A DNA stretch of 57,094 bases from a virus (taxonomy: Duplodnaviria; Caudoviricetes), in the IMG/VR virus record IMGVR_UViG_3300037502_003174, positions 1-57,094 of that record; one strand, 5' to 3'. The first letter of the stretch is position 1, and each line of letters starts with the position of its first letter. The notes below the pieces were generated by a model. The model searched no databases. It was given only the letters and a program-made list of their open reading frames with translations, and was not told the DNA's origin. Shown piece by piece: positions 1 to 10,930 of this stretch. The position numbers and the translations under genes were made by a program.

Positions 1-6
1 GGCGAG

Positions 7-132
7 CGGCGGCCGGAGCCCGTCACGCTCCACTGGCGGAAGTCTCCGCCGTTGTCCACCACCAGGGCGCGCCGGATGTTGATCCGCTCGCCCATCGGCC
101 GGCAGACGTCGAGCACCCGGGCGATGCGGGCG
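7..132. repeat. Terminal overlap, left copy (126 bp, identical to 56969-57094)
   Basis: Direct sequence comparison; nt 1-6 do not match the right end. Confidence 0.95.
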
Positions 133-653
133 CGGTCGAGCTCGTCCAGGGGGTCGGCGAGCCACACGTCGGAGACGCGCTCCTGGGGGCTGTAGGCGTC
201 GCCCGCTTCGTCGTCGACCCCCACGTCGGACATGATCGCCAGGCCGCCCCAGGAGCCGATCGTGGCGCGCCGGTAGAACCAGTCGAGAACCATCGCCCGG
301 CGGCCCGCGGCCATCGCCCGCAGGGCTTGGCGCCAGCTCGGGAGCGTGCCCTTGCCGGCCCAGATGCCGGCACCCACGGCGGCCATCCGGCGCCAGTCCT
401 CATCCGACCAGCCCGACGTCGCGGCAAGGTCGGGCGACCAGCCGCCCATGGCGGCGATCTCGCGGACGATGCGGATGTCCGTCTGGACGCTCGGATCGCG
501 GATGGTGATCAGCGCATCGATCCGGGCGTCGTGCAGCGCGACCACCTGGACCCAGCCAGCGAGAAACCGCCGGAGGAAGTCGCGCCCCGCCGGGTCGGCG
601 TTCAGGCTCTCGGGGAGCAGGGCGATCATCTGGTCGACGTCGAGGGACGGCAT
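7..653 (-). CDS. Baseplate wedge / tail protein I-like, 5' part; continues across the junction to 56431 (394 aa total)
   Basis: ATG at 653 overlaps the baseplate J stop; reads MPSLDVDQMIALLPESL...DFLRRFL...IWAGKGT; in frame with ORF 56431..57078 after circularisation; follows baseplate J. Confidence 0.75.
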
Positions 654-2836
654 CAGGCCTCCACGACAGAGACGGTGATCGTGCCGGGGACAGGGAGCTC
701 ATCGGCGGCCAGGGTGACGGTCGAAAACCCGGAGAACGAGGCCGAGTAGGCGCCGCGGGTCTGGAGGACCAGGCGCGAGGAGATCGCCGCCTCCGTGACC
801 GACCCGCCCCACGACCATTGCCAGTCCTCGCCCTCAGAGAGCGATCCGTCGGCCTGGACGTCGAGGGCGCGGGCGAGCGGAGACAGCAGCGACCGGAGGA
901 GAACGGGAGCGCTGGTCTCCGCCGCCGCGCCAAAGCCAGTTTTGACGTACAGCGTGACCGTGACGTTGACGGCGACCGGGGTGAAGGCCGCCGCTTCTAT
1001 CTGCATGTTGGCGAGGGCTACGCCGCCGCTGACCTCCCACCCGGTCTGAGTGCCGCGGAAGTAGGCCTCGAGCTCGGCGAGGTCGGCGGACGCGGGCGTC
1101 AGACCGCCGGGGCCGACGCACACGAGCTGGATCGTCTTGGGGCCGGCGCCCTCCTCCAGCGCGAGCACCCGAGCAACCGGCGCTGATCCGTCGGACGTCT
1201 CGAACGCTTCGGCGAGCTGCGCAGCGTCCTCGGCGGTGACCACTCGGTTCCGCGCGCGAATGGAGGCCGGGATCGCGCTGCGGAGGCGGTTGAGATCGGC
1301 TTCGGTGGAGCCCTCGGCAGCGACCCAGCCGGAGGCGGCGCGGGGGTTGGTGACGGACCGGATCCGCCCGTTGCCGCTGCGGTCGTGGACGATGGTCCCG
1401 GCTTCCACGTCCCCAGAGACGTCACCGCCCACCCGGTAGACGACGCGCACGGTGGAGGCGGCGGGCAACAAACGCCCCCGCTCGCCGTCGCCGAACGTGA
1501 TCCTCACAGTCTCGTCGGGCTGCTCCACGACGGTATAGACGCGGTCGAACGCCGCGGCGTCGAGGAACGTCCGAACCTCCGTCCACAAGTCATCCCCAAC
1601 GGAGACGGACGAGACGGAGATCAGCGGCGACGAGGACAGCGCCCACGACTCCGACGCCGCGCCGGTCGCGACGCCCAGGATCTCCGAGACGGTGGAACCC
1701 TGCCGGACCGGGAACAGGACGGCCCACTCCGAGCCGGTGGCGTCGACCGCGTCCACCTTCCGGGTCAGCGAGCCGACGGAGGCGGAGATCACGCGGTAGC
1801 GGACCCAGTAGGCCGAGGTCGACTTCACGGTCGTCTTGGCCCACCGCCGGTCGGATCCCTGTGGGATCTCCCACCCGTAGGCGCCATCGGTCGAGAGGTC
1901 GCCGTAGGATGCGGCGACGCCGTCAGGCTCGGTCAGCGACGGGACGACTGGCCACGCGACGCGGACAAGGTAGTCGTCGGCGTTGGTACTTGGCGAGGTC
2001 TGCCCGAGGTAGCCGCTCGTCGTCACGATCTGCGTCGAGCTTCCGGTCGTGGTCAGCGTCGCGGCGATCCCGGTCCGGAGGCAGGTGACCGTCACCGACG
2101 CCCCGGTCGGGTAGGGCGCGGCGCTCAGGGTGGCGCTACCGGTGAGCGCGGTGTTGACGGTGATCTCCAGGTTGGAGCCCGCCACGGAAACGGCGTCCGG
2201 GGCGACTTCTCGGAGGTCGTCGTAGTACTCCCAGACGCCATCCACGACGAGCCCGCCGCCGGTCGCGGTGACGCTGAGATCCGCGCCGTCAAACATGGCG
2301 TCTGCGTGGCCGAGGTAGAGCGCGTCTCCCGTGCTCGGCGTCCCGCCCCAGAGCGTCGCGCCCAGGGTGTAGGCGCTCTGGACGCCGCCGTTGTCCTCGA
2401 CGAGCGAGAGGGTCCCGACGTCGATCGCTTCCAGGTCGTCCGCCTCGTCGTACTCGTAGACAAGGCCGGCGCTGGTCGCGAACTGGCTCCCGGCGCGGAC
2501 GACGGTCTGCGTCCCGCTCCAGGTGGTCGTGAGCGTCGCCAGGACCTCGGCTTCCGCCGGGGTCGGGCCGTCGAGGCGGTAATCGACCAGGGCGCCCAGG
2601 GCGATCATCGACGAGCGGAGGCGAGCCGAGCCAATGAACCCCTCCCGGGCGACGTGATCCGTCCGGACCGCCTGGAGGTGCGAGACCAGCGCCATCAGGC
2701 CGAGAACGGCGTTGATCGGGTCGCGGGGGTCCGTCTCGGTGTGCTCCGGCAGGTCACGGCGCTTGGCCGACTGGAGGAAGCGCAGCGTCTCCGGCTGGTA
2801 GAAACTGGCAAACGGGAAATCACGGACCTCAGCCAA
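653..2836 (-). CDS. Baseplate J-like wedge protein with inserted domains
   Basis: DPINAVLGLMA, ITFGDGERGRLLP, YRVGG, RNRVVTAEDAAQLA motifs; TTG start after GGAGG. Confidence 0.85.
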   Translation of the reverse strand: MAEVRDFPFASFYQPETLRFLQSAKRRDLPEHTETDPRDPINAVLGLMALVSHLQAVRTDHVAREGFIGSARLRSSMIALGALVDYRLDGPTPAEAEVLATLTTTWSGTQTVVRAGSQFATSAGLVYEYDEADDLEAIDVGTLSLVEDNGGVQSAYTLGATLWGGTPSTGDALYLGHADAMFDGADLSVTATGGGLVVDGVWEYYDDLREVAPDAVSVAGSNLEITVNTALTGSATLSAAPYPTGASVTVTCLRTGIAATLTTTGSSTQIVTTSGYLGQTSPSTNADDYLVRVAWPVVPSLTEPDGVAASYGDLSTDGAYGWEIPQGSDRRWAKTTVKSTSAYWVRYRVISASVGSLTRKVDAVDATGSEWAVLFPVRQGSTVSEILGVATGAASESWALSSSPLISVSSVSVGDDLWTEVRTFLDAAAFDRVYTVVEQPDETVRITFGDGERGRLLPAASTVRVVYRVGGDVSGDVEAGTIVHDRSGNGRIRSVTNPRAASGWVAAEGSTEADLNRLRSAIPASIRARNRVVTAEDAAQLAEAFETSDGSAPVARVLALEEGAGPKTIQLVCVGPGGLTPASADLAELEAYFRGTQTGWEVSGGVALANMQIEAAAFTPVAVNVTVTLYVKTGFGAAAETSAPVLLRSLLSPLARALDVQADGSLSEGEDWQWSWGGSVTEAAISSRLVLQTRGAYSASFSGFSTVTLAADELPVPGTITVSVVEA

Positions 2837-3170
2837 CGGCCACCTCCATCGCGCGGCGATCGCCTTGCTCCAGGTCCCGATAGTCGATCTGGACGGCGGC
2901 GCGCCCGTTGCCGCGCGAGACGCGGACGTCGAGCAGCTCGGCGCGCTTCTCGCTGGCAAGGCGCGCGAACACGTCGCGCACCCGGCCGGCGAGGTCGCGG
3001 TCGTCGCGCCAGGCCGGATCGGGGCGGGTCAGGCCGCGGGAGGGCCCGAAGGGGTCGGCCGATGCATCGCCCAGGAGGGAAAGCGCGATCACCTGCCGGA
3101 GCGCGTCGGCGCCATCGACGCGGGCGGGTCGGCCGGTCGTCAGGTCGGGGGGCCACTGGATTGAGCGCAT
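2829..3170 (-). CDS. Baseplate gp25/W-like protein
   Basis: Size, position before baseplate J, VQIDYRDL-type C-terminus, GGAGG RBS. Confidence 0.6.
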   Translation of the reverse strand: MRSIQWPPDLTTGRPARVDGADALRQVIALSLLGDASADPFGPSRGLTRPDPAWRDDRDLAGRVRDVFARLASEKRAELLDVRVSRGNGRAAVQIDYRDLEQGDRRAMEVAVG

Positions 3171-3213
3171 CGCGCCTCCTGACGCGCCCTACCACGTCCG
3201 CCGGCGGTCGGTA

Positions 3214-5241
3214 TCAGGCGAGCACGCTCGCGGTGCTCACGCCCCAAAGGTGCGCCTGCGGGGTGCCCGACGTGGCCTGCGCGGCGATGAGGTAGTTTGC
3301 GCGCGTGGCGCCGCTCGGGAGATTGGTCGAGATTGTCTTGGACTCGATCAGCGTGTAGCGTCCGTCCTGCTCATAGGGCGCAAAACTGTACAGATTGAAC
3401 GTCACCGAGCCCGACCTGGGCACAATCTCATAGGCATAGGGCGTGTTGTCTGCAACGGTCTGGGTAAACGTCTCGGGGGTTCGGTTGGTCCCATCGGCAC
3501 AGATGGCGACGATCGACGTTCCTGAAAACCCAAACCGGACGCAGGCGAGCACGCTGGTGGTGGCGCCGGCGATGGCATCCGGCGCGCCCCAGGCGGCGAA
3601 GCCCACGAACATTCGAGTCGTTGACACCGACGCGCCGGCAAACACGGCGATGGTCCGCGACTTCAGCAGCGAGTCATAGGTCCCGGCGCACGTGGAGGTG
3701 CCCGTGTACGGCCCGCGGGGCGTGGTCGTCGATGTGTTCCAAGAGCAATAGTACCCGTAGGTGCTGCTGTATGTCGTGCTGTAGGTAGGCGTTCCGGTGG
3801 ATGCCGCGTTGCCCCAGAGCCCGGCCGTCGAGCCGGTAAGCGGCGAAGTTGAAGCGCTTGAGCCGCTGACCCAGAATCGGCCCCACCCGGGGTCAGTGGC
3901 ATCGCCGTAGCCCGCGAACGGGTCGGCGATGTGGTCGGCCACGCGAGCGAGCCGCGCCGAAGTCCCGGCGTCGTCCGTGTACATCGGAGCGGAGGGCGCC
4001 CCGGTGCGGCCCCAGAACGCCCAGCGTCCGGTCCATCCGCCGCTCGGCGCCTGAACCGTCGCCTGCTCCTTGCCGCTGTACTGGAGCGACCAGGCCTCCT
4101 GCCAGGTATAATCTTTGTTCCCGATCTGCTGGGTATCCGTGGTCGCGGGCCGTAGAGCACCTGCATCGGTTAGATGAACCGCGCTATCTTGGAGGAGCTT
4201 CCCAGTGCCGTCGTATCGCGCGAGGTGGTTGTCGCTTGCCGAACTCGGCCCGACAACGTCGCCCGAGCCCGTCCCGGCGCCGATGGTGGTTCGGACCGCC
4301 GCGGCGTCCGCGTCGTCGAGGATGGTCCGAGCGAACGCGGACAAGGTCGTGAGCGCGAGCGTCCCGGCGCCGCTGGCGTAAGGCAGGCGGTCGGCGACAA
4401 GGGACAGCCCGGCGAACTGCGCCAAGTTGGCGTTGTACGCCTGAACGTCCGCGCCGATCTGGTAGTAGGCGGCCACTCCGGAGCCGTCGAAGCCAGCGAG
4501 CCGGGAGGCGGTGCCGGTGTGCCCCGAGGCCGCCCAGGGGCGGTTGATCAAGGCCGCGTGGTCGATGCTGCTGCCGAGGTTGACCCAGGATCCGCCCGGG
4601 TAGGCGGCATCGTAGCGAAGATCGGCGCCGGAGTCCTGAACAGGGACGGTCCAGCCCTCGGCGGGCGTCGTCTGATCCCAGACCGACCCGTCCCACTCGA
4701 CGATCAGGTCGTCCAGCGTCGCCCAGCCGCCGCCGGCGCCAACCGGGACGATGTACCGATCGCCGGTGGTCGGCATTGCTGGGGGCGTGCCGGTCGTCGC
4801 GGAGATGACCGGCTTCTGCCACGCGAGGCCGGTGATCAACGCCTGCACCTGGTCGAGCGTCGTCGCGTCTGAGCCGGCGGAGGCCGCGCCGAGGTTCGTG
4901 ATCCGGTAGCCGCCCCAGTTGATGTTAGCGCTCGGGGAGTTGGCTCCAGACCTGGACAGCGCGCCGACGTCCGCCGCGTCGGGCATTGCGTGGACGTGAT
5001 CGCCCCGGCTGTACGCGGTCGCCGTCCCGGGGTCGGCCGTCCCGAGGGGCTGCGGGTCGTCGTCGGAGGGCGTCCCGCCGCCCCCGCCGCTGTAGTAGTC
5101 CTCGATCTCGTCGATCACGGCCTGCGCGAGCGCGCGCATGTTGACTTTGGTGGCCGTCTCCTGCGCGCCGGAGAACGTGGACCCCGCCGCGATCATGCCG
5201 TCGACGATGGCGTTTCCGAGCCGGGTGGCGTTCATCGTCAT
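3214..5241 (-). CDS. Tail fibre/adhesin-like protein with a DUF2793-like segment
   Basis: RGDHVH and [10 protein letters not shown] fibre motifs; [14 protein letters not shown]...WDG...PAEGW; [12 protein letters not shown]; lower-GC C-terminus. Confidence 0.75.
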   Translation of the reverse strand: MTMNATRLGNAIVDGMIAAGSTFSGAQETATKVNMRALAQAVIDEIEDYYSGGGGGTPSDDDPQPLGTADPGTATAYSRGDHVHAMPDAADVGALSRSGANSPSANINWGGYRITNLGAASAGSDATTLDQVQALITGLAWQKPVISATTGTPPAMPTTGDRYIVPVGAGGGWATLDDLIVEWDGSVWDQTTPAEGWTVPVQDSGADLRYDAAYPGGSWVNLGSSIDHAALINRPWAASGHTGTASRLAGFDGSGVAAYYQIGADVQAYNANLAQFAGLSLVADRLPYASGAGTLALTTLSAFARTILDDADAAAVRTTIGAGTGSGDVVGPSSASDNHLARYDGTGKLLQDSAVHLTDAGALRPATTDTQQIGNKDYTWQEAWSLQYSGKEQATVQAPSGGWTGRWAFWGRTGAPSAPMYTDDAGTSARLARVADHIADPFAGYGDATDPGWGRFWVSGSSASTSPLTGSTAGLWGNAASTGTPTYSTTYSSTYGYYCSWNTSTTTPRGPYTGTSTCAGTYDSLLKSRTIAVFAGASVSTTRMFVGFAAWGAPDAIAGATTSVLACVRFGFSGTSIVAICADGTNRTPETFTQTVADNTPYAYEIVPRSGSVTFNLYSFAPYEQDGRYTLIESKTISTNLPSGATRANYLIAAQATSGTPQAHLWGVSTASVLA

Positions 5242-5244
5242 CGG

Positions 5245-5817
5245 TCAGTCCCGCACGAACAGGGTGGTCGAGTCAAAGTCAGGCTCAGCGGGCGGCGCGG
5301 CTACCGGAGTGCCGGTCGTCCCGGTCATGGGGTCGACGTGTGTGTGCGCCGTTGCCCAGGCGGTGATCGCCGAGATCCACGCCGCGAGCTCGGGGTGTCG
5401 AGCGACCGCGATCGCCGCGTTGGCGGATCCGATCAGCGCCTTCGCGCCGGCGGGGAGGATGACGCCGAAGCCTGGATCTCGCTCGTCGAGGAACACCCGT
5501 GTCCCGCCGCCGGGGGACGTCAGCCCGGACCGGCGCGGGTAGCCCTCCAGGAGCTCGGCGGGGAGCTTCGTTGAGCCGCTGATCTCGCCGCCGCTCCAGA
5601 CCATCCGGGCGCCGTCCACCTCCACAAGGACGATCGCGTCGACGGGAGGGCACCACCAGAGGCCCACAGCGCGGCCCGCAGCGCCCCCGACGACGCGGGC
5701 GGGCACCCAGTCGGGGGCAATGCCATCCGGCCCCAGGAGGCCCGGGATGCGCAGCCGCAGGCGCCCCCGCTGGTCGGGGTCGGCGTTGTCGACCACCACG
5801 GCGCTGTACCAGGTCAC
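5245..5817 (-). CDS. Baseplate spike (gpV / gp5 N-terminal OB fold)
   Basis: VVDNADPDQRGRLRLRIPG, PPVDAIVLVE, C-terminal HTH (HxH) tip motif. Confidence 0.9.
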   Translation of the reverse strand: MTWYSAVVVDNADPDQRGRLRLRIPGLLGPDGIAPDWVPARVVGGAAGRAVGLWWCPPVDAIVLVEVDGARMVWSGGEISGSTKLPAELLEGYPRRSGLTSPGGGTRVFLDERDPGFGVILPAGAKALIGSANAAIAVARHPELAAWISAITAWATAHTHVDPMTGTTGTPVAAPPAEPDFDSTTLFVRD

Positions 5818-6974
5818 GGCTGCTCCTCCACGATGCGCTCGAGGTCCCAGTCACAGCGGTAGCCCGCCGAGGACCAGGAGTGCCGGCACCCGACCGCGAA
5901 CCACAGGCCCTCATGGTGCGGGGCGAGACCAGCGAACCGGTGCGCCTGGCCGACCCAGGCGTCGACGTGGCCGACGGTCGTTGCGCGGGCCGTCTGAGCC
6001 GCCGTTGACTGCGTCCTGAGCCACCGCCGCGCCCAGGCCTCCGCGGCCTCGGGGGTCGACGCGCTCGGGACGTAGCGAACCTCAGGGCGGTCCGGGTCGG
6101 CGCCGCCGTCGCGGAGGGCGCGAGCGCGGGCCTTGCCCCCGGAGGTGATCGGCTCGTCGAGGCGCCCCACGTCGGGGCCGATCTGCACCGTCGTCTCGCC
6201 CGCCGCGCCGTTGACCCGGGCGACCACGCGGAACGGCTGCCCCGCGCCCGCATCCCAGCCTACGACCTCAACGGCCGTCGGGATGCCCTGGAGGCTCAGC
6301 GACGGCGAGAACTGCAGGAGGGTCGGGACGGGGACGGCCCGGCGGAAGGTCGCCACGTGGGGCTGCTGATCAAGCCGCTGCGCCCGGAAGTGGAGGACGT
6401 CCCGCCCGGTGTCCGCGTCGTAACGGACCCAGGGCGCGCCGTAGCCGTTCGCCTCGGCGATCTGTTGGAGGAAGCTCCAATCGGTGTCGCCGGCCTTCTT
6501 CAGTCGACCGCCCTGGACTTCGCCGGTCGGGTCGAGCGACGTCGCGGTCACGGCGCAGTCGTGGATCCCGGCGAGCTCGCGGGCGATCTCGGAGTCGACG
6601 GACGGGCCGGACCACACGCGGGGCTCAGTGGCCTCGGCGAAACGGGCCTCGGCGGAGTAGCCGCGGAGGGTCACCTTGGCGCCGCCCGGCCCGTAGTTGA
6701 CTTCCTCGCGCGCCATGCGAAAGCGCTGCATCGGGCTGAGGGATCGGCCGTCGCCTGCCCAAAGCACCACCTGAGAGCCGGGGCCGAGGATGGTCTCGCC
6801 GATGAGGCGCCAGCGGCGATCGATGGAGTCCCAGCCGTCCGCCTGCACGACGAGCTCATCGGCGCCGTCGAGGGTGGCGTCGCAGGTGACCGACCGAACC
6901 AGCCGTTTCAGGTCGGCCGAGAGGAACACGCCGGGGCTGACCTCCAGCTCCCAGCGGGGCGCGGAGAGGTCCAT
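5814..6974 (-). CDS. Baseplate hub / late control gpD-like protein
   Basis: TDWSFLQQIAEANGY, VEVVGWD, HSWSSAGY; synteny. Confidence 0.85.
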   Translation of the reverse strand: MDLSAPRWELEVSPGVFLSADLKRLVRSVTCDATLDGADELVVQADGWDSIDRRWRLIGETILGPGSQVVLWAGDGRSLSPMQRFRMAREEVNYGPGGAKVTLRGYSAEARFAEATEPRVWSGPSVDSEIARELAGIHDCAVTATSLDPTGEVQGGRLKKAGDTDWSFLQQIAEANGYGAPWVRYDADTGRDVLHFRAQRLDQQPHVATFRRAVPVPTLLQFSPSLSLQGIPTAVEVVGWDAGAGQPFRVVARVNGAAGETTVQIGPDVGRLDEPITSGGKARARALRDGGADPDRPEVRYVPSASTPEAAEAWARRWLRTQSTAAQTARATTVGHVDAWVGQAHRFAGLAPHHEGLWFAVGCRHSWSSAGYRCDWDLERIVEEQP

Positions 6975-7753
6975 CAGGCGCCCCCGTCAGGGTGGCGGGC
7001 GTAGTCCATGCCGCGGGTGGTGGTGCCCCGGTCCTCGGCGAGCGCCTGGAGAGCGGCGCGCCAGGAGTCGCCGACGAAGCAGGGCGCGACGGGGGCAATC
7101 CGCTTGCGCATGGCAGGGTGCTCGGCCTCAAACACTCGGACGCGGTCGCCGCCCTCCAAGCCGTACACCGCCTCCCGGGGGTTGAGATCGGCGATCAGCG
7201 TGCCGCGGAGGGGGTCGCCGAGAAGGCGGGCCGCGAGGTGTTCCCAGGTCCCGCCCTCGGGGATCTGCACCCACGTCGTCTCCCGGAGCGCCGGCTGCTC
7301 CGTTTCGACGACGACGCGGGCGGCCGGCACGATCTCCAGCTCGGCGACGATGAGGCGCAGCGTCCCGGCGACCGCCCAGCGGGCGAGGGTGAGGCGGAGC
7401 GAGGTGACGAAGCCCTCGACCACCGACGGCCCATCCTCGAGGCGCACCCGCGGCGCGCGGCCGAGGACCGGATCGCGAGCGGTCAGCCGCTCCACGGCCG
7501 CCAGCGTGCCGCTCAGGTCGACGGAGGTGTCGACTGCCGCCCAGGTCGCGGAGACGCGGACGGTGCCCGTGGGGCCGCTGACCCACTGTGCCTGAGGGCC
7601 CGCCGCCCCGGCCGGCGTCTCGACGTTGACCGACGGGGAGAGGTCGCGAGACGTCCCGTCGGCGAGCGGGGTGGGGCTCTGGAGGAGGATCCCGACCTCC
7701 GGGTCGAGGGAGACGATCCGCCACGTCCGGTTGTCGCCGCTGCTGCCTGCCAT
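6974..7753 (-). CDS. Tail tube initiator with LysM-like C-terminus
   Basis: GGTWEHLAARLLGDP...IADLNP; lies between tape measure and hub; ATG with GGAGG. Confidence 0.75.
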   Translation of the reverse strand: MAGSSGDNRTWRIVSLDPEVGILLQSPTPLADGTSRDLSPSVNVETPAGAAGPQAQWVSGPTGTVRVSATWAAVDTSVDLSGTLAAVERLTARDPVLGRAPRVRLEDGPSVVEGFVTSLRLTLARWAVAGTLRLIVAELEIVPAARVVVETEQPALRETTWVQIPEGGTWEHLAARLLGDPLRGTLIADLNPREAVYGLEGGDRVRVFEAEHPAMRKRIAPVAPCFVGDSWRAALQALAEDRGTTTRGMDYARHPDGGA

Positions 7754-7781
7754 GGGGAGCCTCCTGAGGCGCGATATCCCG

Positions 7782-9770
7782 TCAGAGCGCTGACACCGCT
7801 TCCAGCGGCCCGAGGGCGCCGATCTCGCTCGACCCACGGCGGATCACCCGGCCCGTCGCGTTGCCGGTGACCGGGCGCCCCGTGCCGCGCTCCCCGTTGC
7901 GGACCGCCGCTTTCCCCTGCGCCCGAGCGATCTCGTGGCCGTCCGCCTCGATCACGGTTTCTCCGACGTTCACCTCGATCGCGCTTTCGCCGAGGTCCAC
8001 CTTGACGTTCGCCCGCTCCCGGGCCTTCGCGGCGTTCATACTGGCCGAAGAGTTACGGACGGTGTCCTCGACCTGCTTGCTGAGGTCCCGGCGGAGCGTC
8101 GCGAGGGTCCCCGCCCCGAAGTCGGTCCCGCCGAAGATCGCGCGCGCCCCGGGGATGGCGTCGACCATCGCGCCAAACGAGCGGATCAGCAACTCCATCG
8201 CGCCGAGCACGAGGCCGATCGCGCCGGAGACGAACGAGGCGACGATGCCGCCCACGCCGCCGAGGAGGAAGGTCGCGAAGCCGCCCTCGGTGCCGGCCAG
8301 CATCTCCCCGATGCCCCGGCCGATCATGAAGATCGACGCAAGAAACGGTTCTACGATGCTGATCGCGATGTCGACCATGGCGAGGAACTGCGTCCCGAGG
8401 GCGCCGAGCAGGACGATCCCGCCCCCGACGACGGCGCCGATGACCTGCCCCAGCGCGACGGCGGCAAGGCTCAGGCCCTCCATCGACCGGGCGTCGAACG
8501 CCTCGCCCCATGCCAGCCGCACCGACTCGATCGCGGGCATGATCCAGCCGCTGAGGACGTTGTACAGGTCCCACCCGCCGAGCGCGGCGAACGCGAGACC
8601 GGCGCCCAGCGCCTGGACGCCGCCAACGCCCATCGCGCCGATCGCAGTGAAGATCGGCCCGAGGCCGGACAGGGCGAGCGCGACGAGGCCCGCGGCCGCG
8701 CCGACGGGGACAAGGACGGCGGCGAGCGCCCCGAAGCCGATCACGAGCTTCGCCACCTGCGTCTGTCCGCCCGCGCCCAGCGAGTCCCACCACGCGCCGA
8801 GCCGGGTCATCATCGGGCCGACGGTGGAGGCCGAGAGGCGATCGAAGGCGCCCGCCATCTCGTCGACCGCCCGGACGACGATCGGGGAGATCGAGGACAC
8901 GCGCCCCGCCAGGCCGTCGAGGGCGGCGCCGAGCCGGTCGTTGAGACGCGCGCCGATGGTCGTCAGGGTCATGTCGAGCTGGTCTCTGAACGTCGAAAGC
9001 CGGCCGGTGAACGTCGTCGACAGCGCTTGCACCAGGTCGCGCCCGCCGGTGAGGCGCTGGATCCGGCTCTGGATCTCCGCCTCGACCGCGTCCATGTAGG
9101 CCTTGGAGCCCGCCGCGCCGGCGCTGGTGAACTGCTCCATCTTCATCGCGAACCCGGTGAACTCGGTCATACGCGCCATCCCGCCGCCGCTGAGGGCGTC
9201 GTTGAGGGCGAGCGCCGCGTCGCCGACCGTGCGCGAGGGGTCGATCGCCGCCATCGTCTCGGCGATCTTCAGGAGGCGCATGTTCGCCTCCACGTTGTCG
9301 CCGGTGATCGCCAGCATTCGCTGGCTCGCCTGGATCAAGTCCGCCTCGCCGAACGGCGTGCGCGCTGCCTCCTGGCGGATGTCGTTGATCATTCGGCGAG
9401 CGGTCGCAGCGTCGCCGAGGAACGTCTCGAACCCGACCATGTTCTGTTCGAGGGTCGCGGCGAGCTCGGACGATCGGGCGCCGGCGAACCCGAACGCCAA
9501 CCCCAGCGGAGCGAGGGCGGCGGTGATCATGCCCAGGCCGGAAGCGACCCCGCTGACGTGCGTCTGAAGGCCTGCGAACACGCTGGACGCTCCAGCCGCC
9601 TCCCGGCCGAGCCCGCCCATCCGCTGGGAGCCGACCTTGATCCGCCCGTCGAGGCCGCCGAGCTGCCCGGCGAGGCCCTCCACCGCCTTCCCGGCCCGGT
9701 TGATCTCGGCGATGCCCTTGTCGGCGGAAAACAGGAACTCCGCCCCGATGCCCCATTCCTCGCCCGCCAT
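7782..9770 (-). CDS. Tape measure protein
   Basis: FETFLGD...AARTPF, STTFTGRLSTFRD, Ala/Gly-rich hydrophobic helices. Confidence 0.9.
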   Translation of the reverse strand: MAGEEWGIGAEFLFSADKGIAEINRAGKAVEGLAGQLGGLDGRIKVGSQRMGGLGREAAGASSVFAGLQTHVSGVASGLGMITAALAPLGLAFGFAGARSSELAATLEQNMVGFETFLGDAATARRMINDIRQEAARTPFGEADLIQASQRMLAITGDNVEANMRLLKIAETMAAIDPSRTVGDAALALNDALSGGGMARMTEFTGFAMKMEQFTSAGAAGSKAYMDAVEAEIQSRIQRLTGGRDLVQALSTTFTGRLSTFRDQLDMTLTTIGARLNDRLGAALDGLAGRVSSISPIVVRAVDEMAGAFDRLSASTVGPMMTRLGAWWDSLGAGGQTQVAKLVIGFGALAAVLVPVGAAAGLVALALSGLGPIFTAIGAMGVGGVQALGAGLAFAALGGWDLYNVLSGWIMPAIESVRLAWGEAFDARSMEGLSLAAVALGQVIGAVVGGGIVLLGALGTQFLAMVDIAISIVEPFLASIFMIGRGIGEMLAGTEGGFATFLLGGVGGIVASFVSGAIGLVLGAMELLIRSFGAMVDAIPGARAIFGGTDFGAGTLATLRRDLSKQVEDTVRNSSASMNAAKARERANVKVDLGESAIEVNVGETVIEADGHEIARAQGKAAVRNGERGTGRPVTGNATGRVIRRGSSEIGALGPLEAVSAL

Positions 9771-9806
9771 CGCGCCTCCATGCGGCCCGCTATCTCGCGG
9801 CGAGAC

Positions 9807-9835
9807 TTGCGCGGGAATCGCGCACCGGGTAGGCT
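9807..9835 (+). promoter_or_regulatory. Class-1 promoter/operator TTGCGC-17-TAGGCT with GCGCG-N5-CGCGC palindrome
   Basis: Matches six other intergenic copies; directly upstream of the plus-strand island. Confidence 0.75.
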
Positions 9836-9859
9836 CCAGACGAGCGGCGGGAGGACCGA

Positions 9860-10930
9860 TTGCTCTGCGAGACGTGCGGCCTGAGTGCCGCGATCATCAC
9901 CTGGGCCGACCGACGGCACCGGGCGCCAACCACCTACCGCCTGTGCCGCGACTGCGCGGCGCGGGCTGAGGAGACAACCATGGGACAGCAGACCGATGAA
10001 ACGAGGGCGCTGCGGGCCGCGATCCTGCGCGCCTTGGAGGCGGAGCCGGACGGGCTCCACCGCGCGGGGATCTGCCGCGCCATCCAGGCGGAGCCGGGTG
10101 AGCACCGGCTCGTGAACGGTGTGATCTCGGGGCTCATCCGGGCGGGGCTTTGCCTCGCTGTCGGCGGCATGGTTCGGATCACGCCGGCCGGCCGGAAGTC
10201 GCTCGCCCCGGTCGCGCCCGTTGCCGCGCCGTTGCCGCCCGCCCCGGCGCCGAGCAACGCGGCGGTCACGGTAAGGGTTGACGCGTCGCGCGAGTACGCC
10301 CTTGAAGCCCTCACGCTGATCGAGATGGCGATCCCGGGTCCGAACCCGCCTCCGACCACGGTTGATGCGATCGTCGACCGGGCCGTGACCGCGCTGCACA
10401 GCATCCACAACCTGCGGCGGATCGAGCGGTTGTACAACGACGACCGCGCCGCGAAGGAGCGGGCGGAGGCCGAAGCGGCCGACCTCAAGGGCCGCCTCGA
10501 CGTCTCGACGATGGAGGTTGCGCGCCTCACCGCCGAGCGCGTGCTTGACGACCAGCGGGCGAAGATGGTCCCGCCGGCATGGGAGACGGAAGCGTTGCGG
10601 GGCAACCTTGACGACGCCAAGGCCGAGATCGCCCGCCTCCGCGCCCAGCTTGCCGAGGCGCAGCGCTCCCGCATCTCCTGGGACATCGGCGAGACGCGGC
10701 GCCTCGTGCGCCAGCGGATCACCCACGAGACGCTGGCCGAAGTCACCATCGACGGTGACGACGTCGTTTGGCGCGCCACCGACGATCACGCCCACGGCGT
10801 GATCGCCATCCCAAAGCCCGGGGAGGACGACGCGGCCGTCGAGCAGGCGCTCGTCATGGGCCAGATGCTTGCTGAGGTGGCGTGTGGGGCGCGGGTGGTT
10901 CTGGCGGCGAAGGACGGGGGTGCGCTGTGA
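9860..10930 (+). CDS. Hypothetical protein: optional CxxC..CxxC N-terminus, wHTH-like region, coiled coil (alternative start 9980)
   Basis: RBS before both TTG 9860 and ATG 9980; LIRAGL...RITPAGR wing-like motif. Confidence 0.65.
   Translation: MLCETCGLSAAIITWADRRHRAPTTYRLCRDCAARAEETTMGQQTDETRALRAAILRALEAEPDGLHRAGICRAIQAEPGEHRLVNGVISGLIRAGLCLAVGGMVRITPAGRKSLAPVAPVAAPLPPAPAPSNAAVTVRVDASREYALEALTLIEMAIPGPNPPPTTVDAIVDRAVTALHSIHNLRRIERLYNDDRAAKERAEAEAADLKGRLDVSTMEVARLTAERVLDDQRAKMVPPAWETEALRGNLDDAKAEIARLRAQLAEAQRSRISWDIGETRRLVRQRITHETLAEVTIDGDDVVWRATDDHAHGVIAIPKPGEDDAAVEQALVMGQMLAEVACGARVVLAAKDGGAL

Noticed and set aside
7-132. Biological direct terminal repeat or att site
   Set aside because: It lies inside a gene that reads through the junction and its length is typical of an assembler overlap; nt 1-6 look like an end artefact
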